Part shown: positions 9,755 through 19,469 of the stretch, one piece after another
How positions within the stretch are numbered: position 1 is the stretch's first letter
How the letters are laid out: each line of letters begins with the position of its first letter
From: Candidatus Hermodarchaeota archaeon
Lineage (GTDB): Archaea > Asgardarchaeota > Lokiarchaeia > Sigyniarchaeales > SOKP01
Reading direction: 5' to 3'
Assembly (NCBI GenBank): GCA_048885925.1
Contig: JBHLLG010000011.1
Location: forward strand, 1,200 to 65,199
Length of the DNA: 64,000 bases
Notes under the pieces: generated by a model
What the model saw: only the letters and a program-made list of their open reading frames with translations
Told to the model about the DNA's origin: nothing
Databases searched by the model: none
Made by a program: the position numbers and the translations under genes

Positions 9755-10600
9755 TTGAAAAAAATAGAAAAAACGATTTTGCTATTAATTCTTATTATTT
9801 TCTCTCATCTATCGATCTTTTGGGTACCTGTATTGGGAAGAAAGGAAACAAAGACGGCTGTTGCTATCGCAGATGCCACTATCGACCAGTATAACCCAAA
9901 TTCTAATTATGGGGGAGGTATAAGCCTCGAAATCGGGTATTTTCTTGAATGGCTTGAAGCATGCATCAAATTCGACTTGTCAGATAAACCAGCTAAAACA
10001 AGAAAAGCGGAATTACGGCTTGATTTTTGGTATATTGAGGCAACTACCACAGTAGAAATTTATGATATTAGTTCAAGTTGGAATGAATATACAATAACAT
10101 GGAATAATGCTCCGTATTATGGTGAATTTCTGGGAGAGTTTACAGTTTATCAAGATGGGATATATATAATCGAAATAACAGATATTATTGAATTTGAGGC
10201 AGGTCAATGGTCAATTTGTCTAACTGCTGAGGAACAAAATTGGTTAATGCTCTCTTCAAGAGAAAGCTTCGGAGATCCTCCAAAAATAGTGTTTACCTAC
10301 GAAGTAAGCGATTTACCAATTATTATTGGAGTATTGGTCGTAATTGGTATAGTTGCGGCAATTGCCATTGGGGGATATACATATACCAAAAAACAAAAAT
10401 TGCGCAAAGAAGCAATATCACCTGTAGTTCCTCAGAAAGCTACTCCTGAACAGGTAGTTAAAGAAATTCCGGGAGCAAAAAAATACTGTCCAATGTGCGG
10501 AACACCAAATCCACGAGAAGCGGCATATTGTATCAATTGTGGGGAAAAATTTCCAGAATTAGATAATTATAAAAACCAAGACATTCTAAAGAATTTGTAA
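9755..10600 (+). CDS. Secreted DNRLRE/CBM96-like domain protein with TM anchor and C-terminal zinc ribbon
   Basis: Signal-like N-terminus. ADATIDQYNPNSNYGG...CIKFDLSDKPAKTRKAELRL...WNEYTITWNNAP matches the DNRLRE-domain pattern. TM segment IIIGVLVVIGIVAAIAIGGY, then CPMCGTPNPREAAYCINCG. Confidence 0.6.
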   Translation: MKKIEKTILLLILIIFSHLSIFWVPVLGRKETKTAVAIADATIDQYNPNSNYGGGISLEIGYFLEWLEACIKFDLSDKPAKTRKAELRLDFWYIEATTTVEIYDISSSWNEYTITWNNAPYYGEFLGEFTVYQDGIYIIEITDIIEFEAGQWSICLTAEEQNWLMLSSRESFGDPPKIVFTYEVSDLPIIIGVLVVIGIVAAIAIGGYTYTKKQKLRKEAISPVVPQKATPEQVVKEIPGAKKYCPMCGTPNPREAAYCINCGEKFPELDNYKNQDILKNL

Positions 10601-10653
10601 TGGTTCAATTTACATTACTCTTATCTTTATAACACAAAAAATTACCAAAGACA

Positions 10654-10926
10654 ATGAGAGAAAATATAAAAAATGTATGTTTGATTTTGGCTTTAGTAAT
10701 TACTGGTGTCTCACTCCCAACAAGCGTTATATCAATAATGAGTAAACCAACTCAACCAATTACAGAAGTTAATAATTATTATTATAATAACACTGTAATT
10801 GAGAGATATAACAACACAATAATTGTATGGGTAAATAATACTGTCGTAGTGAATGAGACCATTGAAGAGAGTGAACCAATTTCAGATAGAAGTAAACCAC
10901 CAGAGAATTTTCGGCATTTGATATAG
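10654..10926 (+). CDS. Small membrane-anchored protein rich in N-glycosylation sequons
   Basis: N-terminal TM segment, then the repeated sequons YYNNTVIERYNNTIIVWVNNTVVVNETIE. Confidence 0.4.
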   Translation: MRENIKNVCLILALVITGVSLPTSVISIMSKPTQPITEVNNYYYNNTVIERYNNTIIVWVNNTVVVNETIEESEPISDRSKPPENFRHLI

Positions 10927-11027
10927 ATTCATTTATCATTATAATGCAATTTTTCTCGGACTTTTTAAATAAAAAATTTAGACGTACAATTTTATAACCC
11001 CAGAGACTAGAAATTTTATAATTTTAG

Positions 11028-11198
11028 CTGGATCTCTTTTTTTCTTTAAATAAAAGGGGCGAAATTAAAAGTATAATAGAAAAAAATCCTACTCATATTT
11101 ATGAAACTATTGGAAATTTCACTGTTTCTGTAACTGTCGTTGATAGGGATGGAGATTTTGACATTGAAACTAAAATTGATTATATTTTAGTTAATTAA
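11028..11198 (+). pseudogene. Orphan C-terminal PKD-domain fragment (no start codon)
   Basis: The frame is open only from nt 11028. It translates ...IIEKNPTHIYETIGNFTVSVTVVDRDGDFDIETKIDYILVN*, the classic PKD tail (P.H.Y...G.YtVtltVtD..G). There is no upstream Met or signal peptide. Confidence 0.5.
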
Positions 11199-11221
11199 TA
11201 AAATAATTTCATTTTTTTTTT

Positions 11222-11857
11222 TTAAATTACTTCTTTTAGCTTTAACTCAATTTTATTACATTGAGTATTTAGATTTTTAACATTTTCTGATAGATGACTG
11301 ATTTTTCTCTTTAAAGTTTTCGGTGAAGTTGTCCACATTATTTTTAACTCTGGTTTTATGCTTTCATCATAGTCCTTTTTAATTTCTTGTAAAAAATCCT
11401 TTAAATTATATAATTTTATTTTATAATTTTGATATTCATGTTTTTCTTTTTGGTTTTTAAATTTTATATTTAATAGTTTATCCTTCTCAAGTGAAATATA
11501 CATATCTTCAAGATCTCTTACCTTTTCTTCAACGAGGTTTACGTTTTTGATTAAATTGTTACCTTGGATATTAAGATTTTTTTCGAATTTTAATGTGCTT
11601 TTTTTTTGGCTTATTTCAGACTTTCTGTTTTTTAACAATGAGAATGTAAAATAGAAAAAAAGTAAAAGACCGCTTGTAAACAATATCTCCATAATAATAA
11701 TTCTAATAAAGTAGTTCTCAGGGAATTCTGAAATATTTGATATTATAAATACCTGAGCTACAACATATAATATCAAAAAAAGTATACTTACTATCAGCCT
11801 ATTTTTAAAAAATTCATCTATTTTTAGATAGTTTGATTTCTTTTTGGTTTTTCTCAT
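11222..11857 (-). CDS. Membrane-anchored coiled-coil protein
   Basis: 211 aa. Two N-terminal hydrophobic helices, then a K/E/L/N-rich heptad-like sequence. Confidence 0.5.
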   Translation of the reverse strand: MRKTKKKSNYLKIDEFFKNRLIVSILFLILYVVAQVFIISNISEFPENYFIRIIIMEILFTSGLLLFFYFTFSLLKNRKSEISQKKSTLKFEKNLNIQGNNLIKNVNLVEEKVRDLEDMYISLEKDKLLNIKFKNQKEKHEYQNYKIKLYNLKDFLQEIKKDYDESIKPELKIMWTTSPKTLKRKISHLSENVKNLNTQCNKIELKLKEVI

Positions 11858-12653
11858 ATTAATTCTCTTATATTGATTCCTTTGGAATCAATCTTTAATT
11901 TTTGAAATCTCATCTATTGTGATTCTTAAATTTGTCAGAGCATAAATTTTTCCCATAATAATCATGCTTTTGTTTCTTTTTTAAGAATGCTTTCTTTTTT
12001 TTCCTGTTTTGTCATTCCCAATAATTATTATGATCCTACACTATAAAATTCTTTTTGTATATTTTTTAATCAATTAAAACCTAATAGAAAAATGTTTTAA
12101 AAAAAGTTATAACTTTTCTCTTTTCTGAATATACTATTTTTTTTTAAAAAAAAAGGATTTAAAAATTTGTAACTTCACGAGCAATAGTTATTGCTTTTGG
12201 TTCACTATAACCAGTAATGTGCGTATTTGCGAAAATAAGATGTATTGTAGCGTTAAAATATAGCCTAAATAATCCTTGAACATGCTCATAACTTCCAATA
12301 CAATAAAAAGCGTATTCCCTTGCGTCATCATAATTTCCTAAACCCCATTGGGTCTCAAAATTGCTTAACTGAGAATCTAAGACTGCAATAAACCACATTT
12401 CACAAAAATAAGATCCTATTATCCGAAATCTTACCTTATCTTCTTTATATAACCATTAGCAAGTTCCAATTCATCTTCTTTATCCTTTAACTCAATTTTT
12501 AATTCTTCTAAACTTCTAATAGTGGATGTGACCGTAAAAAAAAGAATTGATTTAATTTGCTTATTTTCAAGCTCTAATGGGGATAATTAGATATATTAGA
12601 GTAACCAAATATGAGCTAATATAAATGTTTTGAGAGTACATTGGTCATATTCT

Positions 12654-15119
12654 TCAAACTTTTCGGTTCAAATAAACTAGCATCTGTAATCTAGCAACAG
12701 CATTTCGAAGGTTAGCAATAAATGCTGCAGGTTTTGCTTCCTCGAATTCTTCTAAGAAGCGACGAAATGTCTTTGGTGTATCAAATTGATCATTGAGTTT
12801 CGATTTCTCAAGATATTCTATGAAACGTTCAATCAAAGACCTGAGGTCTTTCATCCATACCATGAGGTTCTTGATTGAGTAAAATGGTTTTCGAAATCTT
12901 AAGGATTTTAGATTTTGAGTGACTATCAAATCAGCAGCGTCGAGACCGGACAGGACTGCAAAATCGCGAAATGCGGCAAGTCCGATATCAATGGTTTGAG
13001 CAAGGAAATTATGGGACTTAGAAATACGCGTTTCAAACCTATATCCGATTAATTGAACTTTCCCAAGTAGTGGTTCAATATCAATGAAATAGGATTCACC
13101 AATATCTGCTGTTCCGGGCACCACACCAGTAACCACTAAAGGCACAATATTGCCTGGTTTAATCTCTAAATTTAGGTCAATTTTTTGCGATTCACCGGGT
13201 TTTACTTTATAGTTTCGACGTCCTGGAATCTCAATTTCTATCTGCTCATACTTTAGAGTACCCAAAGCATTTACTTTCAGAGTAATTGGTAATGATTTGT
13301 CCTCCATTTCATCTGGGTATGCAATGATGATTGGGGAGAACCAAATTCTATAGCTCTGACCTGCATTGGCATTTCCATCTGCGTAGTCTCCCACTTCCAA
13401 ATTTCGTTGAACCCAGTCATTATCCTCTCTTATGACTGATTCCACTTCTCTAAATCCTAAACTGGTTATGTCTTGATCGGGTTCCGAAGGACTTCGTATC
13501 ACAGCGAAGACACAACTATGGTTAGGTGTTCCATCAGGAATTTCCCATGATAATGCTACAGTTTCTGGTGCACCGGGCGAAAGGTTATCAGGGACTGGAA
13601 CGGATCCCAGATAATGAATATTAGCTATTCCACCACCAGATCCAGGATGTTTAATGAAATACTTCACTTCCATATCTCGTGGTGGTAGGTCAACAATAGC
13701 TTCAATTTTGGCATATAAGTAGTTTGTAAAGGGATTTCCGCTTACGTCATAACGGATAGGGTGTTGATGGGCTGGAGTACCATCTGCATTGGTACCTCCA
13801 GGAGTATTTGAATGACGATTCCACAAATTCGACATTGAATAGAAATTTCGCCCCGCAGGAGCAACATTAGGTTCATTGCCTATGTCCTCAGGAAAATCAC
13901 GAATATAATGATTTGTGATATCATGAGTTAGACAACATGTATCAACGCTTGTTGACATTGCAGGGTTGTTGGCACTAATGCAATTGAAGTGAGTGTTCTC
14001 ATCAGGATTGGCTATGTTTGGCGATCCTGATGGTACTAAAATTGAGTTTCGGTCTCCTGTCCAGTTTCCTGCCCGAACAACTCCAGGATGCATTCCATCT
14101 AATGTATGGCCTAATTCATGTGCAAGAAGATTATCATTGCCAGCATTTTGGTCTGTAATTACTACTTTTGAGGTTGCATCACCTGAATCAGAAGCTACTC
14201 CTCCACCTTGACTGGTAAGTGCATTTCCAGCGAAGAACACCTCAATAGTATTAGGATCAGGGTCAGTATATGAGTCACGAATAGCGGTGTAACTTGAGGT
14301 GTTTTTAAGAGTGGCATCAGTTATAATGTGGATGGGTTGTACATCGAACTGGATACAGCATTTGCCCCAGATTGCATTTGCTGCATTGAACTGCCGGTTA
14401 GCTGAAACTCCTGTAGGATTGGCATCAGTGTCACTATCCCTAAATCCAACCGGCTGAATTTTCAATGTCCTGATGTTTGTTACAAGGTCTGGATGGCAAG
14501 GATTATTGAGGTTTGCTTTCCCAGTTTCTTTGGGTCCAAGTATCTTAACAAGCTCAACTGCTCTTAAATGCAGGAAAATATTCCTGATGATGCCAAGACC
14601 GCCCTCTTGATACACGAGAGTAACTTTACCATCTCCAATTTGGAATTCTCTTCCCGTTTTCTTTTGGGTTATTGTTAAAACACACAACAAGCGTCCCAAG
14701 AATCGTTCTCGAGGCGAATCAAATACGTCCTCACCGACTTGGATATATCCCATTTTCTGACTAATAAGTCGATAAACCATTCTGACATCCAAGTTTGCTT
14801 CGAGTATCCATTGACTATCTCTAAGTGAAATACTTCCGTCACCATGACCCTTAATACTGATATGTCCTGTGGACTCATTTTGAAGCAACACACCTGAGCT
14901 TACAAGACCAAGGGAGTTTATATTCACACCTATCCTACCTTTTTCGATATGACTTGTAGTAAATCTTAATTCACCTTTAATATCACTTCTTTGATCTAGC
15001 TTCTCTATCGTATTGATAGTTGCATCTTGTTTAATTTTGAGAATAAAAGTAGTACCCTTAGATAATCCAAGCGTCAAGTCTAATCCTTCTTCTGAGTTCT
15101 TACTATTCCTTTCCTCCAT
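12654..15119 (-). CDS. Large zincin/metzincin-like metalloprotease-domain protein, no signal peptide
   Basis: 821 aa. LLAHELGHTLDGMHPG resembles the serralysin-type HExxHxLGLxHPG motif but has D-G at the turn. Markedly higher G+C than the flanks. Confidence 0.6.
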   Translation of the reverse strand: MEERNSKNSEEGLDLTLGLSKGTTFILKIKQDATINTIEKLDQRSDIKGELRFTTSHIEKGRIGVNINSLGLVSSGVLLQNESTGHISIKGHGDGSISLRDSQWILEANLDVRMVYRLISQKMGYIQVGEDVFDSPRERFLGRLLCVLTITQKKTGREFQIGDGKVTLVYQEGGLGIIRNIFLHLRAVELVKILGPKETGKANLNNPCHPDLVTNIRTLKIQPVGFRDSDTDANPTGVSANRQFNAANAIWGKCCIQFDVQPIHIITDATLKNTSSYTAIRDSYTDPDPNTIEVFFAGNALTSQGGGVASDSGDATSKVVITDQNAGNDNLLAHELGHTLDGMHPGVVRAGNWTGDRNSILVPSGSPNIANPDENTHFNCISANNPAMSTSVDTCCLTHDITNHYIRDFPEDIGNEPNVAPAGRNFYSMSNLWNRHSNTPGGTNADGTPAHQHPIRYDVSGNPFTNYLYAKIEAIVDLPPRDMEVKYFIKHPGSGGGIANIHYLGSVPVPDNLSPGAPETVALSWEIPDGTPNHSCVFAVIRSPSEPDQDITSLGFREVESVIREDNDWVQRNLEVGDYADGNANAGQSYRIWFSPIIIAYPDEMEDKSLPITLKVNALGTLKYEQIEIEIPGRRNYKVKPGESQKIDLNLEIKPGNIVPLVVTGVVPGTADIGESYFIDIEPLLGKVQLIGYRFETRISKSHNFLAQTIDIGLAAFRDFAVLSGLDAADLIVTQNLKSLRFRKPFYSIKNLMVWMKDLRSLIERFIEYLEKSKLNDQFDTPKTFRRFLEEFEEAKPAAFIANLRNAVARLQMLVYLNRKV

Positions 15120-15613
15120 CTAATTCCACCTCTCACTATTAAGATTATTCTCATAAAATATTTACCTTATTTTTTATTGGATTACGTTATTATACATTTT
15201 AGGAAAAATTCATATTTAAAACTTTTGTCAAAGTTAAACCATTGAAAGTTCAGTTTTCAATATCTATTCTTCCATAGTTTCTAATTATAATTATAAACTA
15301 TGAATGGACTAAAGATTTGAATGGTCACAGGTATTTTATTTTTCTTTAGCAATACGATAATTTAATTAGATAAAGATACTCTACCACTCCCCTAAATGTA
15401 GATGTGTAAATGAATAATAATTTACACACACTAAGGAGATATAAACTATATATTTTCACTAATTTTTCATTGAAATAAGACGCTGAATTTACCTTTCCAT
15501 GCCAATTTCAAAAGAATTTGAGACAAACTTTATAAATTGTACCTTATGTCTCTTAAACTATAGGTAAAGACGAATCAGAATTAAATTTGAAAAAAAATAA
15601 AAAAAATAAAATT

Positions 15614-16018
15614 TTAATTAAGAAAATCAGGAAATGGAATATTAAATTCTTCACATGCTTTTTTATATTCTTTTTTAAAAAATTGATAGCTCTCTTCTGA
15701 TATGTTTCTCGTTGCATTAGCTCCCGCAGCTAATATTCTATAATTAATTTCTTCAGGCACAGAAAGGCTAGCCTTTGCTCTAGCTGAATACACAGTACTT
15801 CTTTTTTCGGGAGGGAGCTCATTAACGGTTATTACACTCGCTATAACTAAAGTGTTCATATCTTCATCGTTTAAACTATTAAATGCATATATAGTACCTT
15901 CAATTTGCTGGGCTAATTGATCCAATGGTAACTGTACCATCTCTTGTGTTCGTTTACGTGCCATTTCAATTCTCTCATCTTCGGATGCAGTAAGCATTTT
16001 TTTAAGCATTTCTTCCAT
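15614..16018 (-). CDS. Hypothetical protein
   Basis: 134-aa ORF with an ATG start and non-repetitive composition. No recognisable motif. Confidence 0.45.
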   Translation of the reverse strand: MEEMLKKMLTASEDERIEMARKRTQEMVQLPLDQLAQQIEGTIYAFNSLNDEDMNTLVIASVITVNELPPEKRSTVYSARAKASLSVPEEINYRILAAGANATRNISEESYQFFKKEYKKACEEFNIPFPDFLN

Positions 16019-16363
16019 TTTAGGATCTATTTATATCACCTCTAACTATTCTACGTCTATGTACAAATTACAATTGTTAAATCAATCGATTATAAGGAAT
16101 AAACAAAGTTTTATTCTAACTAATAAAACCATTCATTTATTTTTGAATTTAATAATATTTTAAAGGGTAATATCAACATAATGATATTTCTAAAAAAAAA
16201 ACAGATTTTAATATTGACGGGTTATTCAATCTTAAAATTTTAAGAGTTTAAGACTTCTTCTTGATAGTAAGAATTATAAGAAAAAAAAATTAATTATAAA
16301 TTGTAGAAGATAATTGGATTTATAAGAGAAAAGTACCCCACTGCTCTCTTTTTCCATTATTTT

Positions 16364-17251
16364 CTATAAATTACCGAAAATTTGCTCTTTATTTTTATAT
16401 AACCACCGCGGGATTTCAATTTCTTGCCAGTCTTCTGATAAATTTTCAAGAATTTTGATTTGACTTTTTGGTAACCATGTCTCCCTATTTCGTCTTGAAA
16501 TAATTAGTATTGCTTTCGCAATTTCTTTTTTAATCTTAACTTGTGTCCTAATTACTTCATCAACATATTCTTCTTTTGAAAGAATTGGTTTCATTTTATT
16601 ACCCATCCATGCATAGTATTCATATGATACTTTCATTGTTTCATCAAAAGGATTTTTTGAAATCATAATACCTGTTTCAGTTTTTACTTTATTAGCTGGA
16701 ATTTTATATTTGCTATCTCGTAATTTTTTTCTTTGAAATTGCTTTAGGTATCTTAGAAAACTATGAAGAGCCATAGTAAATGGAGTGATTGCAAAATTAT
16801 ATTTCTCAGACATAAAAGGGATTTGTTCTGGAACTTTATCTTCATCTCCTTTATAAATCATCCCGTTTCTTGACCATCCAGTACCTATTAGAAAGCAATC
16901 TACATTTTGAACCATTTTACCATTGATGAAAAATTTTGCTTTTTCAGTAATGAAATATCCATAATAACGAGTTAAATTGAATGCACCTTCAATTAATTTT
17001 CCATAGTGATCTCCTGGTTTCAATTCTAAAAATCCTGCTCGAATAGTAGTCCTATTTTTTGGCAAAAAGTCCCGATCTAATATTTCGCTTTCATAATATG
17101 GATCATAAAAGAAAAGATCGGGTACTGAGCTACCCACACCTTGAGTGTGAAATTGAGGCAATCCTAATGTATTTTTCTTATTAAGGAACGAAATAAATCC
17201 TGCTTTTTCTAAATCGCGTGTGATTATTTTAGTTAAATCCAATGTTTCCAA
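16364..17251 (-). CDS. Hypothetical protein, possible PD-(D/E)xK nuclease fold
   Basis: TTG start. ...DLEKAGF...SSVPDLFFYD...(about 30 aa)...AGFLELKPG gives an E / PD / ExK arrangement. The motif spacing is longer than usual. Confidence 0.3.
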   Translation of the reverse strand: METLDLTKIITRDLEKAGFISFLNKKNTLGLPQFHTQGVGSSVPDLFFYDPYYESEILDRDFLPKNRTTIRAGFLELKPGDHYGKLIEGAFNLTRYYGYFITEKAKFFINGKMVQNVDCFLIGTGWSRNGMIYKGDEDKVPEQIPFMSEKYNFAITPFTMALHSFLRYLKQFQRKKLRDSKYKIPANKVKTETGIMISKNPFDETMKVSYEYYAWMGNKMKPILSKEEYVDEVIRTQVKIKKEIAKAILIISRRNRETWLPKSQIKILENLSEDWQEIEIPRWLYKNKEQIFGNL

Positions 17252-17526
17252 TTTTTTTTCACTTTTTATTTTTAATTTTGATATAAAGATTTTTGTAACA
17301 TTTACATTGCTAATATGTTACGTTTTGGTAGATTTGAGTTATTATACTTATTTGACAGCAATTAAAAATAATTTTTATTAATAGGCTATTACAATCTATT
17401 TTTTAATTAAAGACCTTTTTCGCCTTAGAAGACAATTATATTTACTATTTATTAAAGTCGTAATAATAACAATTTAAATAGGATATAAATCTAAAATCCA
17501 TTTAATATATACCAACGAAATTATGT

Positions 17527-17832
17527 GTGTTGATTAACATAAAATCTAAGCAAGACCAATTTGTAGGTGTAAGATTTACAGAAAAAGAAAAAGAATTAAT
17601 AGATAAGTTTATTCAAAAGAAAAATATCTCTTATAACGAATTTATTCGTGATGCCGTCTTTTCATATATTAATAATATAGAAACTGTGAAAAATAAAGTT
17701 AATATAAAAAAAATTTATTCAAATATTCAAGAATTTGAGAAAATTCTTCCTGAATTAATAAGAAAAATTCATAATTTATATAGGGAATGTGAGCAATTTA
17801 AACTAAATAAGGATGTTTATTTTATTGTGTAA
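17527..17832 (+). CDS. Ribbon-helix-helix (CopG/MetJ-like) DNA-binding protein
   Basis: QFVGVRFTEKEKELIDKFIQKKNISYNEFIRDAVFSYI fits the RHH beta-strand plus two-helix pattern. GTG start. Confidence 0.5.
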   Translation: MLINIKSKQDQFVGVRFTEKEKELIDKFIQKKNISYNEFIRDAVFSYINNIETVKNKVNIKKIYSNIQEFEKILPELIRKIHNLYRECEQFKLNKDVYFIV

Positions 17833-18036
17833 TGTTATTTATTCAAATTTCAATTCTCTAACTATTTATTTACTAGTTTTCAATATTAAAAGTAATGAGT
17901 TATCTCATTAAGACAAAATTCGAGTACCGAGTTCACGAAATCATCAAGCGATTTGTAAATAAATTCATTAATTTTTAGGAATCACATTGGCTAAATAAAA
18001 GAAAAGAGTGTCAAAATCTTTTTATAACTCTATGAC

Positions 18037-19236
18037 TTAATAGAAATTATGTAATTTAGCGTTAAGAGTGAATAGATTTAAGAACATATTTGCATAATTC
18101 CTTGGGAATTCTCTATTCTTATATAGATTTGATCTGAATCTTATTCTTTTATTTAATAGGAAGACGTCTACAACTGCAAGATCATTTGGATAACCGGATT
18201 GAGTGGATCTTTTAATCTTTACGACCTCATCCCATGAAAAATAGGATTTTTTACCAAAAAAGCGGTAATATACTCCCGAAGTGCTAATCACTAAAAATCT
18301 CCTTAAAACTAGAAAGAAAGGTGAACCAACAAAATACCAAATTAATAAAAAATATAGATATTCACTTATATTAAATAATCCATAGAAAGGATTTAAGAGA
18401 GAGATTATTATAACGGGGATAGACCAAATAACTAACAACAGGAGCCATATTCCAATATCAAATCCACCTTTCAATACAAATATTTTCTTTTTTAAGAAAT
18501 CATTTTGAAGCTGTATATTTGTCGTATAATTACCAAAATTATAGTTTTTTTTCTTGTACTCCTCTAAAGTAGCTTTTAATTGGTCCTTCCATGTGTCAAT
18601 AATTACTATATCCGAGTCTATAGCATTATTAACTGCTTGTGGTTGCCAATTAAATATTCCTGTCTTTCTATAATCATAATAGGCAAAAAAGATATACATC
18701 AATAATGTGGCTTTACTTACAAATGATTTATTCTGCGAAATTTCTTTACATGAAAAATTGCTTGCTTCTATTTTAAGATTATCTCCGTTAGACATAGAAA
18801 GATATATTTTATTAAGAAAATAATTCATTTGAATCTCTTCCCAGTTATATCCTCTAATTCGTTGAGTTCGCATTTTATATGCAATTCCTTCGGGACCTAC
18901 AATAATATAGCGTGATCTTTTGTACCACAATCCAAGACCAAAAAATATACCGCAAGGAATACTTGAAATCTCCAGAAAAATGAGAATAAAGGATAAAAAT
19001 GAATATGTTTCGAAAGTTATAAATGAAATCTGCGTGCTCAAAACGAATGAGTATGGTAATACGATGAACCCAATTAAAAAAAATGGGGTAGTGTTTACAT
19101 GACCACCAATAAAGACAATCCTTCTCCCTTTTTCTATAGATTCTCTGAGAGTATGGAGAGATGTAATGCTATTGTATTCATAATTTCCATTTTTAAACTG
19201 TTTATATCTGGAAACATATTCATCTAGATTTTTCAT
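18037..19236 (-). CDS. Membrane protein made of two tandem copies of the module found in ORF 7854..8462
   Basis: Module 1: LDEYVSRYKQFKNGNYEYNS...GRRIVFIGGHVNTTPFFLIGFIV. Module 2: LEEYKKKNYNFGNYTTNIQLQNDFLKKKIFVLKGGFDIGIWLLLL. Each is followed by TM helices and a beta-rich segment. Confidence 0.6.
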   Translation of the reverse strand: MKNLDEYVSRYKQFKNGNYEYNSITSLHTLRESIEKGRRIVFIGGHVNTTPFFLIGFIVLPYSFVLSTQISFITFETYSFLSFILIFLEISSIPCGIFFGLGLWYKRSRYIIVGPEGIAYKMRTQRIRGYNWEEIQMNYFLNKIYLSMSNGDNLKIEASNFSCKEISQNKSFVSKATLLMYIFFAYYDYRKTGIFNWQPQAVNNAIDSDIVIIDTWKDQLKATLEEYKKKNYNFGNYTTNIQLQNDFLKKKIFVLKGGFDIGIWLLLLVIWSIPVIIISLLNPFYGLFNISEYLYFLLIWYFVGSPFFLVLRRFLVISTSGVYYRFFGKKSYFSWDEVVKIKRSTQSGYPNDLAVVDVFLLNKRIRFRSNLYKNREFPRNYANMFLNLFTLNAKLHNFY

Positions 19237-19469
19237 TATTTCGACATATTTTACAAGAAATTTTAATTTATAAAAATTTACTTATTGGGTAATTTATCTT
19301 GAATTTATGAATAGAAAAGAAAAAAAATTTAATTAGATCCTTACCAATGCTTATTAGGATAATAAAAATTGGTATTACTAAGCTAATTATGTTATAAATT
19401 ACTACTTTTATATTCATGCTATCTAACTCCAAATTTCTGCTAAAATTAAAAAAATAAAAAAAAGAGAAT

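Noticed and set aside
15403-15428. Perfect 9-bp hairpin tgtgtaaat-gaataata-atttacaca between two minus-strand genes.
   Set aside because: The stem is AT-rich, no U-tract follows on either strand, and no second copy is present. The evidence is insufficient for a terminator or regulatory call.
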